From positions 1 to 44,352 of IMG/VR virus record IMGVR_UViG_3300044477_000154: 44,352 nucleotides of DNA; one strand, written 5' to 3'. The translations under genes and the position numbers were made by a program. The stretch is from a virus. Taxonomy: Duplodnaviria > Caudoviricetes. This document shows, in pieces, positions 8,509 to 19,021 of the stretch; the stretch's first letter is position 1, and each line of letters opens with the position of its first letter. A model generated the notes under the pieces. That model was not told the DNA's origin, searched no databases, and worked only from the letters and a program-made list of their open reading frames with translations.

Positions 8509-11235
8509 ATGTCAACATCGGTCGGCAGAGTACAGCTCGATTTGGGATTCAACAAGCGTGGATTCCAGAACGAAGTAAATAAAATGGGCCAAGAGAACAA
8601 GAGCATGTTCAGCAAAATGGGCATGGCGTTCAGCATGGCGATAGGCAACATAGTGGCGCAGGCGGCGATGAAAGCAGTTTCAGCGATTGGACGTTTTACG
8701 AAAGAATCTGTGAAGCTGGGTTCCAATTTGACGGAGGTCCAAAACGTTGTTGATACAGCGTTCCCGAATATGTCTGCGCAGGTTGAAAAATTTGCGACGG
8801 GGGCAATTGGAACAGTTGGCATATCTGAGACAATGGCCAAACAATATACCGGAATTTTCGGCATAATGTCAAAGTCTATGGGGGCTACTGAGAAGCAGGC
8901 CTGGGATTTGTCAACAGAAGTGACGAACATGGTTGGCGATGTTGCGTCATTTTACAATTTGGACCACGAACAAGCGTACACAAAACTGAAAGCCATTTGG
9001 TCAGGCGAAACAGAGGGCCTCAAGGATTTGGGCGTTGTTATGACCGAGCAGAATCTTCAGCAGTTTGCACAGCAAAAAGGTTATAAACAATCGTACAAAG
9101 ATATGGACCAATTGGCAAGGGTTACATTGCGTCAGGCGTTCGTTATGGACGCATTGAAAGCGGCGAACGGAGACTTCATAAAAACTCAAGACACATGGGC
9201 AAATAAAACACGGGTTTTGAGTTTGAGGATGGACGCATTTAAGGCGACAATAGGTCAAGGGCTCATCAATGCGCTCACGCCGTTGCTACATTATTTTGAT
9301 ATATTGCTCCAAAAGATGGGGGCATTCGCGGCAAGTTTTGCAAAGCTCACAGAGAGTTTATTTGGCAAGACAAAGCAAGGAACAAAGTCAATGGGAGCGG
9401 GCGTCACGGAAGCCATGTCAGCAGTTTCGACAGGAGCGGAAACAGCGGCGGATGGTGTTGTCGCTTCTGCAAAAAAGATGAAAGGCGCTCTCGCACCGAT
9501 TGACCAATTAAATATAATCGGCGCAGGAGATTCCGGCGGCGGAGGAGGCTCAGGTGGCGCTTCAGCGGCTCCGGAAACATTGGACACAGAACAAGGAAGC
9601 GCCAAAGGAAAAGACGCCACGCCTACCAAAATTGATGAGTTAAAAGCAAAGCTGGAAGCGTTTGAAGCGTATGTTGCGACAAGGTTTGGGCCGACAGCTT
9701 CTGTGGCATTTGCAAGGGTTGCCGGAGGAGTTTCGACGCTTGCAGTTTCTTTCGGCAAAGCGTTTGAGGACGTTAAAGCGTGGGGCGAGCCGTTGGCGGA
9801 TTGGTTCAAAGGAGGTTTCTCCGATAACATCAATTCCGCAATGGAATCGGTTGGCATTTTCACATCAGTTCGTTTGAAAAACGTTTCCATGATGTTCGAC
9901 GGATTATGGCAATCTGTTGAGCCAATTCTTGACAATTTTATTCGCAAAGGGTTGCCGAGGATTTCAGATTTTGTGGGGCAAGTTTTCTCGCTGTTTAACA
10001 CGCTTGTGACGACGGTTGACCCGTTGTTTGACAAGTTGTGGACGCAGGGGATTGAGCCCGTTTTGAAGCTTATTTCGTCCATTGCGGTCAGCGTGTTTGA
10101 TTCAATCTGGAAAGCTTGGGATAATTTTGGAGCGCCAATATTTAATGCGCTGAAAGCAACAGTGAAGTCTGTCACGGATGTTCTTATGACATTGTGGGTG
10201 ACGACGCTGGAGCCCATTTGGAACAAGCTTGTGGCGTCGCTTCAGAAAATATGGTTTGAATCTTTGAAGCCACTTTTTGACGAGTTTTTGAATTTCGTTG
10301 CCCTTGTTTCGCTCAGGGTAATGGAGTTGTGGAACAAGTATTTGGCACCCATTGTGAAATGGTTGCTTGAGAAATTTGGTCCGCCAATTACGAGGATAAT
10401 CAAAGAAATCATTGACGCAGTCACAAAAGTTGTGCAAGGCATTATTGATTATCTTAAAGGACTTATCCGTTTTCTGCGTGGAGTTTTCACGGGCGATTGG
10501 GAGGTCATGTGGCAGGGAATCAAGCAAATGTTTGAGGGCATTTGGAATGCCATTGAGGGGCTTGTCGAATTGGCGTTTGCTTCTATTATTGCGTTCGCAA
10601 AAACGTGTTGGGAGGGCATAAAAAGCGCATTCTCAGCGGTTGTTGGTTGGTTCAGCGATATCTTCAGCGGAGCGTGGAATGCAGTAAAAAGAGCGTTCAG
10701 TTTTGTTGGCGAGTTTTTCGCCGGCGTATGGCAAACTATAAAGGACATTTTCAATGGCATAGGGCAAAAGATAGGAGACACAATTGGCGCGGCGTTTAAG
10801 TCAGTTGTCAATTCGATTTTGGATTTTGCTGAGACAAGAATCAACGGTTTCATCAGCGCAATAAATAAAGCGATTGACCTGATAAACAAAATTCCGGGCG
10901 TGAGTTTAGGATATCTGAAGCCGCTGGATATTCCACGCCTTGCAAAAGGCGGTATCATAAAACAGCCGACATTGAGCATGGTCGGCGAAGCAGGAACGGA
11001 AGCGGTTGTTCCGCTGGAAAACACTTCTTTCTCGAAGTCACTCGGGAAAGCGGTTGCAAGCGAAGTTAGAAAAGCGCTTGCAGAAATGCTCCCGGCGTTT
11101 GCACAAAGAAGCGCCGATGAGGGCAGGGATTTGATTGTGATTTTGACGCTTGAGGGAATTGAAGTCGGCAGGGCAGTTGTTAAGTCGATAAACAAGTTTC
11201 ACAAGTCAGTCGGTAAAGTCGTTTTGGAGGTGTAG
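8509..11235 (+). CDS. Tape measure protein
   Basis: 908 aa, helical, periodic Trp/Phe repeats, IPRLAKGGII...VGEAGTEAVVPL motif. Confidence 0.92.
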   Translation: MSTSVGRVQLDLGFNKRGFQNEVNKMGQENKSMFSKMGMAFSMAIGNIVAQAAMKAVSAIGRFTKESVKLGSNLTEVQNVVDTAFPNMSAQVEKFATGAIGTVGISETMAKQYTGIFGIMSKSMGATEKQAWDLSTEVTNMVGDVASFYNLDHEQAYTKLKAIWSGETEGLKDLGVVMTEQNLQQFAQQKGYKQSYKDMDQLARVTLRQAFVMDALKAANGDFIKTQDTWANKTRVLSLRMDAFKATIGQGLINALTPLLHYFDILLQKMGAFAASFAKLTESLFGKTKQGTKSMGAGVTEAMSAVSTGAETAADGVVASAKKMKGALAPIDQLNIIGAGDSGGGGGSGGASAAPETLDTEQGSAKGKDATPTKIDELKAKLEAFEAYVATRFGPTASVAFARVAGGVSTLAVSFGKAFEDVKAWGEPLADWFKGGFSDNINSAMESVGIFTSVRLKNVSMMFDGLWQSVEPILDNFIRKGLPRISDFVGQVFSLFNTLVTTVDPLFDKLWTQGIEPVLKLISSIAVSVFDSIWKAWDNFGAPIFNALKATVKSVTDVLMTLWVTTLEPIWNKLVASLQKIWFESLKPLFDEFLNFVALVSLRVMELWNKYLAPIVKWLLEKFGPPITRIIKEIIDAVTKVVQGIIDYLKGLIRFLRGVFTGDWEVMWQGIKQMFEGIWNAIEGLVELAFASIIAFAKTCWEGIKSAFSAVVGWFSDIFSGAWNAVKRAFSFVGEFFAGVWQTIKDIFNGIGQKIGDTIGAAFKSVVNSILDFAETRINGFISAINKAIDLINKIPGVSLGYLKPLDIPRLAKGGIIKQPTLSMVGEAGTEAVVPLENTSFSKSLGKAVASEVRKALAEMLPAFAQRSADEGRDLIVILTLEGIEVGRAVVKSINKFHKSVGKVVLEV

Positions 11236-11238
11236 AAA

Positions 11239-11631
11239 ATGTCAAAGATAACGTTGTTTCAAATAAATAAAGTTGGCGGAGGCGTTTATATACCTCCAAA
11301 AGTTGTTGGCTTTTCGCCAATGATTTCGGACTTGGATTTGTCCGGAGACAGGAGCTTGAGCGGGCTTCTACACAGAGAAAGAGTTGCAGTAAAAAGAGCA
11401 TGCAGTTTGGACTTGGGCCCGCTCACAGTTGCCGAAATGTCACAGTTTCTGACAGAGGTCAAAGCGCAGTTCGTAAATGTTACATATTTTGACGCCGAAG
11501 TCGGTGGTCCAAAAACGGGTGATTTTTACATAGGCGACAGAGAGCCGAAAGCGCTTGCAATGCGAACAAACATTTTTGGCGTTCAAGAGTTGACATGGGC
11601 GCCAATGTCTGTCAAGTTTGCAGAGAGGTGA
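11239..11631 (+). CDS. Distal tail (Dit-like) protein
   Basis: Follows the tape measure gene; DRSLSGLLHRERVAVKR...FYIGDR. Confidence 0.65.
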   Translation: MSKITLFQINKVGGGVYIPPKVVGFSPMISDLDLSGDRSLSGLLHRERVAVKRACSLDLGPLTVAEMSQFLTEVKAQFVNVTYFDAEVGGPKTGDFYIGDREPKALAMRTNIFGVQELTWAPMSVKFAER

Positions 11632-11635
11632 TTGC

Positions 11636-13303
11636 ATGAAAACAAGTCTCAGTTCAACGATTTTGAATTTGATAAAAAGTTCAGACAGATACGTTGCAAT
11701 CAAAATAAATGTGTATGAAAAACAGGACTTTTTGCCCACGGGAAATGTGGTAATTTCTTTGACGCAGGACGTCATAAAAAGCTTCAAATTATCCAGAACA
11801 ATAACGTCAACGGAGAAGTTGTGTTTTCAAAATATTGCTTCAGCTTCGGCGACGCTTGAGGTATCCTTGACGGACGACACGAAAGACGTTCTTTTCAAGG
11901 ACAAGTTCATGGAAATATTTTTCGGCATATCAGCGGACAAGGGCGTCACATATTCTTATTTTAGGCTTTGCGATATGTTTGTCAAGGACGCAGTAAAAAA
12001 CGCAAAGGAGCAAAAGTTTTCGATTGAATTGGTGGACATCTTTGGCATGATGGACAAAATGATTTCTGAAATTACGATTACATACCCAGCCACGATTCAA
12101 TCAATTATCAGCGCAATTCTGGACGCATTTGGATACACCTTGGACACAGCAGAATTGAGCGCATATAATACAAGTTTGTTGGCGACAATCATCACAGAAT
12201 GCCCGTTTGAGGGCGACATGCTGGCGCGAAATTATTTGGCGTATTTGTGTGAGGTTGCGCTTGTCTTTTTGACTTCGGAATCGCTCACAACGGCCCATGT
12301 TTTGTGCAGAGGAATCAAGTCTTATTTGACGACGGAAGTTGATGAGGATGATTATTTTAATGTTGACATTGCGGAGTTTGAAATTCCTCAAATCACGATG
12401 GTTTCGTCCAAAGTAAACAAGGACGATATAGGCGTTTCCTCCGGAATACTGAATGAAGTTTTTAAGCGCTTTGACGAATACATTGCGTTTGATAATCCGT
12501 TTCTGGTTGGCAACGAATCCCTGCAAGATATTTTGGATTTAATGCTTGAAGCGTTTTCAGTTTTGCCCACGTATTTCCCGACGACAATTTCTCTCATTGG
12601 TCGTCCTGATATTTGTTGCGGGGACATCATAAAAGTTATTCGCAAAGAGGTCGAATATGGCTTGCCGATTTTTCAATCTACGTTGGAATTTAATGGCGGT
12701 TGGAGGAGCAGTTTTGTTTCGACTGGCGTGGCGTGTTCAGATGTTATGCAGGTATCCGGACCCGTGTCAAATGCAATAGTTTTTTTGAATAAAAAGTCAA
12801 ACGTTTTGGAGCGGGATTTGGATGTTACAAGGTCAACGATTACGAGCATTCAGGGCTCACTCAATCAAGCAGTTTCACAGATAGAACAGACAGCGCTCGG
12901 GCTGGAAATTGCGGTCACACAGACGATTCCGGGCATTCAGGAGAATCTTCAGCAAAACTATATTCCCGCCGCAAATATGGCGGAACAGTTGCTTCAGCTT
13001 GTTGAGGATGTTGACCAAAAAATTGCGGACAACGTTCCCGCAAACGTAAAAAATACGATAGTTGAAATAAATGCTCAGGGGCTCACAATTGGCTCACAAG
13101 GAAGCGATTTCACAGCGTTGCATGATAATACAGGAATGTATTTACAATCAAGAGGGACTACTATTGCACAGTATACGAATGCAGGAGCGGCGCTGAAAAA
13201 TTTGATTGTTCGCGATGAAGCAATCATTGGGAATCTTATGTTTCGCGGCGTGACAATTGACGGAGAAAAGCGTTCGTTTATTCATTTTGTGGGAGGCGTT
13301 TAG
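11636..13303 (+). CDS. Tail tip / baseplate hub protein
   Basis: GRPDICCGDII motif; coiled-coil C-terminal half; synteny. Confidence 0.7.
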   Translation: MKTSLSSTILNLIKSSDRYVAIKINVYEKQDFLPTGNVVISLTQDVIKSFKLSRTITSTEKLCFQNIASASATLEVSLTDDTKDVLFKDKFMEIFFGISADKGVTYSYFRLCDMFVKDAVKNAKEQKFSIELVDIFGMMDKMISEITITYPATIQSIISAILDAFGYTLDTAELSAYNTSLLATIITECPFEGDMLARNYLAYLCEVALVFLTSESLTTAHVLCRGIKSYLTTEVDEDDYFNVDIAEFEIPQITMVSSKVNKDDIGVSSGILNEVFKRFDEYIAFDNPFLVGNESLQDILDLMLEAFSVLPTYFPTTISLIGRPDICCGDIIKVIRKEVEYGLPIFQSTLEFNGGWRSSFVSTGVACSDVMQVSGPVSNAIVFLNKKSNVLERDLDVTRSTITSIQGSLNQAVSQIEQTALGLEIAVTQTIPGIQENLQQNYIPAANMAEQLLQLVEDVDQKIADNVPANVKNTIVEINAQGLTIGSQGSDFTALHDNTGMYLQSRGTTIAQYTNAGAALKNLIVRDEAIIGNLMFRGVTIDGEKRSFIHFVGGV

Positions 13304-13304
13304 C

Positions 13305-15053
13305 ATGAGTGAAAGCAGGGCAGGCGAATGGACGTTCAGCGGAATAAGCGCCAATCAATATGTCACGTCGAGGGCTTTGATTACACAGTTTTTGGACCCA
13401 GATTTGAATCGCTCAAGGTTGAGTGTTGCGCTTTATTTGAGGAAGTCTTCTCAGTCAAGCCAAGCTTCAATCGGTGTGCCGAGTTTTAATTTGTGGGTGA
13501 ATGGTCCAAATGTTGGGACTTATGGCGGAAGTTCTGTGACGCTTAATCCAAATGATGTCTGGGTTTATTTTGGCTCAATAGACACTTATGTTGACCACAA
13601 TGAGGACGGCTCAAAATTTGCTTCGTTTGAAATTGAGGGCAATCTTGGGACGTCATCCGTGCATTTGCGGGCAGGCTATGAAGCGCCTGGCAATGTTCCG
13701 GATTTGTATGGTTCTTTTTGGTTGACAGCGAATCCGAGGAAGAGTGATTTTTGGTGTACAAACACGGGCACGATTTACGTCGGAACGACAATGAATTTTT
13801 ACATCGACAGGAAGTCATCAAATTTCAGCCATAAGATGTTCTATGAGGCGTCGAACGTTTCAATGACACAGATTGCGACGGGTATCGGAACGACGTATCA
13901 ATGGGCGCCTCCGTCGTCTCTATATGCGCTATATCCGAATGACAGCATGGTGCAGATAAAAATTCGGGTGGAAACATTTAATGGCGCGACGTCGCTTGGG
14001 TATTATGAACATCTTTACAACGTTTATATCCAGAACGATGGCGTCACGATTTCAGATTGTTCCGTTGTGGATGGCAATGCTTTGACGCTGGCGTTGACAG
14101 GGAACAGCGCGAATTTTATTCCTCAGTTTTCTACGGGAAATGTCACTTGTAAAGGCACGCCAAAGAACGGCGCAACGATTGCAAAAGTGGAAGTTTTAGG
14201 CTCGACAGGCAACGTGATTGATTTAGTTAATTTCACAGGGAGCGGGCAGAAAACTTATGCCTCATCAACTTATCCATATTTTGACCGCTTTTCGTTGACG
14301 TTTAAGTGGACAGATTCCAGAGGATTTTTCTCTTCGTACACGAAAGAGATAAACATTTTAAACTACAATAGGCCGTTTATAAAAACGCTTGTTTTGAGCA
14401 GGGAAGACACAATAGGAACGGACATGCTCGTGACGATAACAGGCGATTGGACGCAGACAAATTTTGGCGCATATACGAACGATTTTCTTACAGCACAGTT
14501 GTCGTATTGCGAGCTTCTTTCTGGGGGCCCAGACTGGGAAAACGAGACAGTTGTCAGCGGTTTTGACAAGAATGATTTGACGATAGACGCAGACAGTTTT
14601 GAGGTCACAGATTTTGTTGTGGCGAACATTGACCCGCTCAAAAAATATGTGTTCCGCCTGAGCATGATTGACAGGGTTTTGAATGCGTTTTTGTTGTCAA
14701 ATTACAAAGACATAATACTTCCGATAAGCATGCCAATAATTGACATTGGCGAGCACGATGTGAACATCGGCGGAAATTTTACAGCGAAGAACATGCAATC
14801 AGCTTGCATTGGGCCATACACAATTGAGACGCCTGGCAATTCGCTCATTCATACGATAACGTTGCCGATAGAGTATGCAGACGAAAGTTACATTTGTTTG
14901 ATTACGCCGGAGATTGATTATCCCGAGCGCATAGTTTGGAGCATATCAGACAAGACGACAACAGGGTTTAAAATTACGATAAAAAATGTACACACTTCGA
15001 GCGTCAGCGTCAGATATTGTTGGCTGGCGTTTGGAACAATTTCATTTGATTAG
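13305..15053 (+). CDS. Tail fibre / receptor-binding-type protein (DUF859-like) with C-terminal beta domain
   Basis: VDHNEDGSK and IDRKSSNFSH motifs; C-terminal SDKTTTGFKI...WLAFG. Confidence 0.65.
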   Translation: MSESRAGEWTFSGISANQYVTSRALITQFLDPDLNRSRLSVALYLRKSSQSSQASIGVPSFNLWVNGPNVGTYGGSSVTLNPNDVWVYFGSIDTYVDHNEDGSKFASFEIEGNLGTSSVHLRAGYEAPGNVPDLYGSFWLTANPRKSDFWCTNTGTIYVGTTMNFYIDRKSSNFSHKMFYEASNVSMTQIATGIGTTYQWAPPSSLYALYPNDSMVQIKIRVETFNGATSLGYYEHLYNVYIQNDGVTISDCSVVDGNALTLALTGNSANFIPQFSTGNVTCKGTPKNGATIAKVEVLGSTGNVIDLVNFTGSGQKTYASSTYPYFDRFSLTFKWTDSRGFFSSYTKEINILNYNRPFIKTLVLSREDTIGTDMLVTITGDWTQTNFGAYTNDFLTAQLSYCELLSGGPDWENETVVSGFDKNDLTIDADSFEVTDFVVANIDPLKKYVFRLSMIDRVLNAFLLSNYKDIILPISMPIIDIGEHDVNIGGNFTAKNMQSACIGPYTIETPGNSLIHTITLPIEYADESYICLITPEIDYPERIVWSISDKTTTGFKITIKNVHTSSVSVRYCWLAFGTISFD

Positions 15054-15063
15054 GAGGTGCATA

Positions 15064-16092
15064 ATGACAAAGATAACAATCGACGAAAGCGGGTACAATA
15101 ACGAGACAATTATTGGATTCGCTGACGAGGAAAACGTCACGGAATTGTCCATCGAAATTCCGTCAAAACTAACAGCGCTCGAGCCATCGTTTTATGTTGT
15201 GGAGTTTTCCATGAATGACGGTGAAGTGTTTGACGAGACGCCGGAGCTTCAGCCGACGGAGGATGGCAGATTGGAATTTGAGCTGGGTTCAAATTTCATG
15301 GTTGCAGGTGCAGGATTGCTCCAAATAGTTGCAACAGTTTCCGGAGAAGCGGGCAAAAAAGGCAGGTCAGAATTCATAAGCGTTGTGGTCAATCCGTCGC
15401 TGAGGGACAATTCTCCGGACGGGTACAGGGCAAATTTGAGGACGTTGTTTTGTGCAACGTTGGAGGACAGACCGGAAACAGCGCTGGAGGGTCAGCATTG
15501 CATTGTTGGCTATTATGACAGGGTTTCTACATCGATAAAAGCTCCGTATGATTCTGAGTATAATGGGGAGCCAACGACCATATTGGCGGACGTTTCAAGG
15601 AAATATTATATCAATCCATTTGTTAAAGTTTTTTCTTGGGATTTTACGCGAGCGCTGAACAGGGTTTATCTTTATAAGACAGTAATGTCAGAAAGCAATG
15701 AGAATTTTCAGGAGCTTGTCGCAATTATGATGGCTATTGATTTTGAAGGCGATGAGCAAGCGATGGGCCTTGTTGTTTTGAATTTGGAAGGCGATGCGCT
15801 TTTTGTGAATGTTCCGTTTTCCAGCGCTCCGGAGGCAGAAGGTTTTGCAGATGTTCTTGGGAAATGGAACATCGTAATTGACATTGAAATTGAAAATGTA
15901 CAGCTTGAGCCGATAACCGCTCCGGTTTTTGACAGCGACATAAATGTTTTATTTGTGTCAGATGAATCAGGCGGGCCAATTGAGGATGGGCCTTGGTATG
16001 ATTTCGTCAGAAACATATTTAACACAAGACCATTTTTGGATGTGGAATTTGTAATGCACAACGGACAATGGTGTGAGAGGGGTGAGTTTTGA
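15064..16092 (+). CDS. Hypothetical tail/baseplate-associated protein
   Basis: AGGAGG RBS; acidic, beta-rich; end of the tail module. Confidence 0.55.
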   Translation: MTKITIDESGYNNETIIGFADEENVTELSIEIPSKLTALEPSFYVVEFSMNDGEVFDETPELQPTEDGRLEFELGSNFMVAGAGLLQIVATVSGEAGKKGRSEFISVVVNPSLRDNSPDGYRANLRTLFCATLEDRPETALEGQHCIVGYYDRVSTSIKAPYDSEYNGEPTTILADVSRKYYINPFVKVFSWDFTRALNRVYLYKTVMSESNENFQELVAIMMAIDFEGDEQAMGLVVLNLEGDALFVNVPFSSAPEAEGFADVLGKWNIVIDIEIENVQLEPITAPVFDSDINVLFVSDESGGPIEDGPWYDFVRNIFNTRPFLDVEFVMHNGQWCERGEF

Positions 16093-16265
16093 TGAAGATT
16101 CCAAAAATAACAATCAATGACCCGCTCAAAGAAACAGTTGTTCCGACGGAAAGTCCGGGCGAAGTTGTAACAGTTGACAGTTTGAAATTGGAAGTTTCGC
16201 AGTTATTGCAAAAGGTTGATGATTTAAACAATAAAATTCAGGCGCTCAGTGACGGGGAATCGTAA
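16092..16265 (+). CDS. 57-aa hypothetical protein with coiled-coil C-terminus (absent from the ORF track)
   Basis: TGATG overlap with the previous gene; MKIPKITINDPLKET...QALSDGES. Confidence 0.6.
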   Translation: MKIPKITINDPLKETVVPTESPGEVVTVDSLKLEVSQLLQKVDDLNNKIQALSDGES

Positions 16266-16302
16266 AACACTTCGCTGAATACGGGACAAAGAGGAGGTTA
16301 CG

Positions 16303-16644
16303 ATGAGCGAATTATTTGATTTGGACTTTTGGGACAAGATTTTGTTTTGGGTGGTCACAGGATTTGCGGGCGTTGTGTTCCCGTATTTGTTCAAAAAAAT
16401 AAAGGGCGTGATGAAAAAGGTCACGCTTCTTGAGGTAGGCGTGTTGGCCATATTGCATGACAGATTGTATCAAAGTTGTTCGCATTTTATCAATCAAGGA
16501 TATTGCAGTTTGCAGGACAGAAAAAATCTGGAATATATGTTCACAGCTTATCACGGGCTGGGAGGGAATGGCACATGCGAAGATGTTTATAATGTGTTTT
16601 GTGAGTTGCCGTATGAGCTTCCAGTTGGTCACAAAAACGAATAA
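16303..16644 (+). CDS. Holin-like membrane protein
   Basis: N-terminal TM segment; LHDRLYQ...YHGLGGNG motif; lies in the lysis cassette. Confidence 0.65.
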   Translation: MSELFDLDFWDKILFWVVTGFAGVVFPYLFKKIKGVMKKVTLLEVGVLAILHDRLYQSCSHFINQGYCSLQDRKNLEYMFTAYHGLGGNGTCEDVYNVFCELPYELPVGHKNE

Positions 16645-16663
16645 CGAAATGGAGGAAATTTTT

Positions 16664-17149
16664 ATGAATTGGATGGTGTGGGTCATCCTTGCATTGGTTG
16701 CAATTATCATCATTGGTGCGGTCATCATTGTTCCCGTTCTGAAAAAGAAGGGAATCAGTCCGGCGGAAGTTTTTAAGCGGTCAAGGGAAGTCATTTGTGA
16801 CGTTGATAATTCAGTTGATACATTGGCGCAAGCGTTCCCGAATTATCCTGCATTGGTCAGGATGGGCTATATTTTGGAATACTGCAAGGCGGCGGTTACA
16901 GTTGCGGAACAAAGATATTTGACGAATGAAATTGCAGGCACAGCCAGAAAAGATGTTGCGATTCAATATGTGAAAAACATTCTTTCTGAGGAGGGAATCG
17001 AAGTTTCACCGGTGATGGACAAAATAATCGAGGACAGCATAAAAGGCGCCGTAGGAGCATTACCGCCCACGACGCCGCAAATTGAAGCGAGGGGCGAATT
17101 GCCTCCGCCAGCAACAGAACAAACAGCACAACAGATGGAGGGAATATAA
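16664..17149 (+). CDS. Holin (LL-H-like)
   Basis: N-terminal TM segment; AAVTVAEQ...G..RKDVAIQYV...IEDSIKGAV. Confidence 0.7.
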   Translation: MNWMVWVILALVAIIIIGAVIIVPVLKKKGISPAEVFKRSREVICDVDNSVDTLAQAFPNYPALVRMGYILEYCKAAVTVAEQRYLTNEIAGTARKDVAIQYVKNILSEEGIEVSPVMDKIIEDSIKGAVGALPPTTPQIEARGELPPPATEQTAQQMEGI

Positions 17150-17985
17150 TGGCAAACGACAAACTTGTGGCGATACAGTTAGACGCAGGCCACAGCGTTC
17201 CGGCGGGCGACCCGGGCGCAGTATCGAGGACGAATGGGCAAGTGTTCATTGAGTACGAGCTGAACAAAAAAGTTGTTGACTTTTGCAAAGCATATTTGAT
17301 TATGAATTACCTTTGCACAGTTTACGCAGATTATGACAGCGACGTCAACGAGGTTGCAAAGTTGACACGCGAAAGAGGTTGCGCTTGTCAAATAACAATT
17401 CATCACAATGCCGGCGGCGGTGATGGCGCAGAAGTTTACTATTGGTATTCAGACATGCAATCACAGCGCCTCGCTTCGTACGTGGCAGGGCAATTCAAAG
17501 CCATAGGGCAAAACTTACGTTCGCAAAACGGACAGCCTCAGGGCGTCAAAACAAGCTCTCAGAGCGCTTATAACTTTGGCCCATGCAGAATCAACTCGGC
17601 GAATGGAATTCCTGCAATATTGGGCGAATTTGCGTTCTTGGATAACATCACGGACAGGACCATAATTGATTCCGACGCAGATTTGCAGGCTGAGGGAGAA
17701 GCGTATGCGAAAGCGATTGCGGATTTCTTGCAGTTGCCGAAAAAGGTCATTGTTCCGGTTGTCACGCCTCCCGTCACATATGCAGGCGAAAGCTTTTTGG
17801 TTGCAATAACATGGCCCACGTTGAACGTTCATTCCACGCCTGACACAAACAAAAAATCGGTGGTTTCGAGCGTGTCAAAGAATCAAGTGTTCACCATTGT
17901 TCAGGTCAAAGGAAATATGGGCAAACTGAAGTCTGGCGCAGGCTGGATATATTTACCCGCACCGTTTACAAGAAAACTGAAATAA
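17149..17985 (+). CDS. Endolysin, N-acetylmuramoyl-L-alanine amidase (Amidase_3) with SH3b-like cell-wall-binding domain
   Basis: LDAGH...DPGA, E.ELN, TIHHNAGGGDGAEVY, PAILGEFAFLDN; C-terminal GKLKSGAGWI. Confidence 0.92.
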   Translation: MANDKLVAIQLDAGHSVPAGDPGAVSRTNGQVFIEYELNKKVVDFCKAYLIMNYLCTVYADYDSDVNEVAKLTRERGCACQITIHHNAGGGDGAEVYYWYSDMQSQRLASYVAGQFKAIGQNLRSQNGQPQGVKTSSQSAYNFGPCRINSANGIPAILGEFAFLDNITDRTIIDSDADLQAEGEAYAKAIADFLQLPKKVIVPVVTPPVTYAGESFLVAITWPTLNVHSTPDTNKKSVVSSVSKNQVFTIVQVKGNMGKLKSGAGWIYLPAPFTRKLK

Positions 17986-17998
17986 GGCACATTCTGAC

Positions 17999-18035
17999 AA
18001 TGTGGGGGCGCTTTGGACCGCTCCCACATTTTTTT
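17999..18035 (+). terminator. Rho-independent terminator ending the late operon
   Basis: AATGTGGGGGCG / CGCTCCCACATT stem followed by a T-tract. Confidence 0.85.
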
Positions 18036-18045
18036 GCAAAAGCTA

Positions 18046-18074
18046 TTTACAAACGGAAAACAATGTGTTATAAT
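18046..18074 (+). promoter_or_regulatory. sigmaA-like promoter P3 (TTTACA-17-TATAAT) for the replication/modification operon
   Basis: Near-perfect consensus with extended TG. Confidence 0.85.
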
Positions 18075-18126
18075 AGACACATCGCGCAATATGTGCGAAA
18101 TTTGATAACAGGATACGGTGGTAAAC

Positions 18127-18519
18127 ATGGCAAAGAGGACAGCGGATGACTATTCTCTGGAGGACCTCAAAAGGGAAGCAACGGCGAACAATGTTGCGGG
18201 CCGGAGCAAAATGAACAAGGCACAGCTTTTTGAGGCAGTTGAGCGGGCAGTTTGCGCGAAGCGCAGGGAAAACACGGAAAAATATATCAGCAAAATGGTG
18301 GCGGGCGATTTACTTGCAGTTGAGTTTGAGCCCGGCAAAGCGCTCACAGGAAAGTTCACAAAGTGGACGGAAAATTCTGAGTTTGAGCTGGAAATGAAGT
18401 CCGGCACGGTGAAACAATTTAAGTCAAGCCAGATTTTGTGGGTAAAAACGGCAGGGCGCTGGCCCCGCTGGGTGTATGAAATGTTCCCCGGAAAAGGAGT
18501 AAATGCAGATGGCAGGTAA
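18127..18519 (+). CDS. Protein with N-terminal Rho-N/HEH-like nucleic-acid-binding motif
   Basis: YSLEDLKREA...GRSKMNKAQLFEAV. Confidence 0.65.
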   Translation: MAKRTADDYSLEDLKREATANNVAGRSKMNKAQLFEAVERAVCAKRRENTEKYISKMVAGDLLAVEFEPGKALTGKFTKWTENSEFELEMKSGTVKQFKSSQILWVKTAGRWPRWVYEMFPGKGVNADGR

Positions 18520-19021
18520 AGTCAAAAGAGCTGGCGCTGATAAGGCGGTCATTGAGTTATACTTTTTAGAAAAACAGCTTGTCGAGCTGGTGGACGAAAT
18601 TGACAAAGCCAAAGCCAAAATTGCAAGATTCTTTGATGAAAACGATGACGTGAAATTGATGACAGTATCGGGGCCGGAATTGCTTGATAAAAATTTGGTG
18701 ATACACGCAAAGAAAACAGAGCGTGTGATTGTAAAATATGACACTGAAAAGCTTCGCAAGGCGCTGGGTCCGGACATGTTGGCTGAGGTCATTGTGAAGT
18801 CTCACAAGCTTGTCGATTATCCTGAGTTTGTGAAAGTATGCAAAAAAGCAGGGCTGAAGCCGAAGCAGGCAAAAGCAATGATTGAGACAACGGAAAAGAT
18901 AGACGTTGACGCAATGAAAAAGCTTTATTCTATGGGAGAGCTTACATTGGAGCGCCTTAAAGGGTGCTACGAGGCGACGATTTCCAAGAGCATAAAGTTG
19001 ACGGAGGGTGTTAAAGATTGA
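18509..19021 (+). CDS. Hypothetical Lys-rich protein
   Basis: AAGGAG RBS; overlaps its neighbours. Confidence 0.7.
   Translation: MAGKVKRAGADKAVIELYFLEKQLVELVDEIDKAKAKIARFFDENDDVKLMTVSGPELLDKNLVIHAKKTERVIVKYDTEKLRKALGPDMLAEVIVKSHKLVDYPEFVKVCKKAGLKPKQAKAMIETTEKIDVDAMKKLYSMGELTLERLKGCYEATISKSIKLTEGVKD

Noticed and set aside
9291-11195. Long minus-strand ORFs here and at 3555-4250, 4315-4980, 8274-8930 and 24970-25569
   Set aside because: Antisense shadows of well-supported + strand genes, with no motifs or RBS
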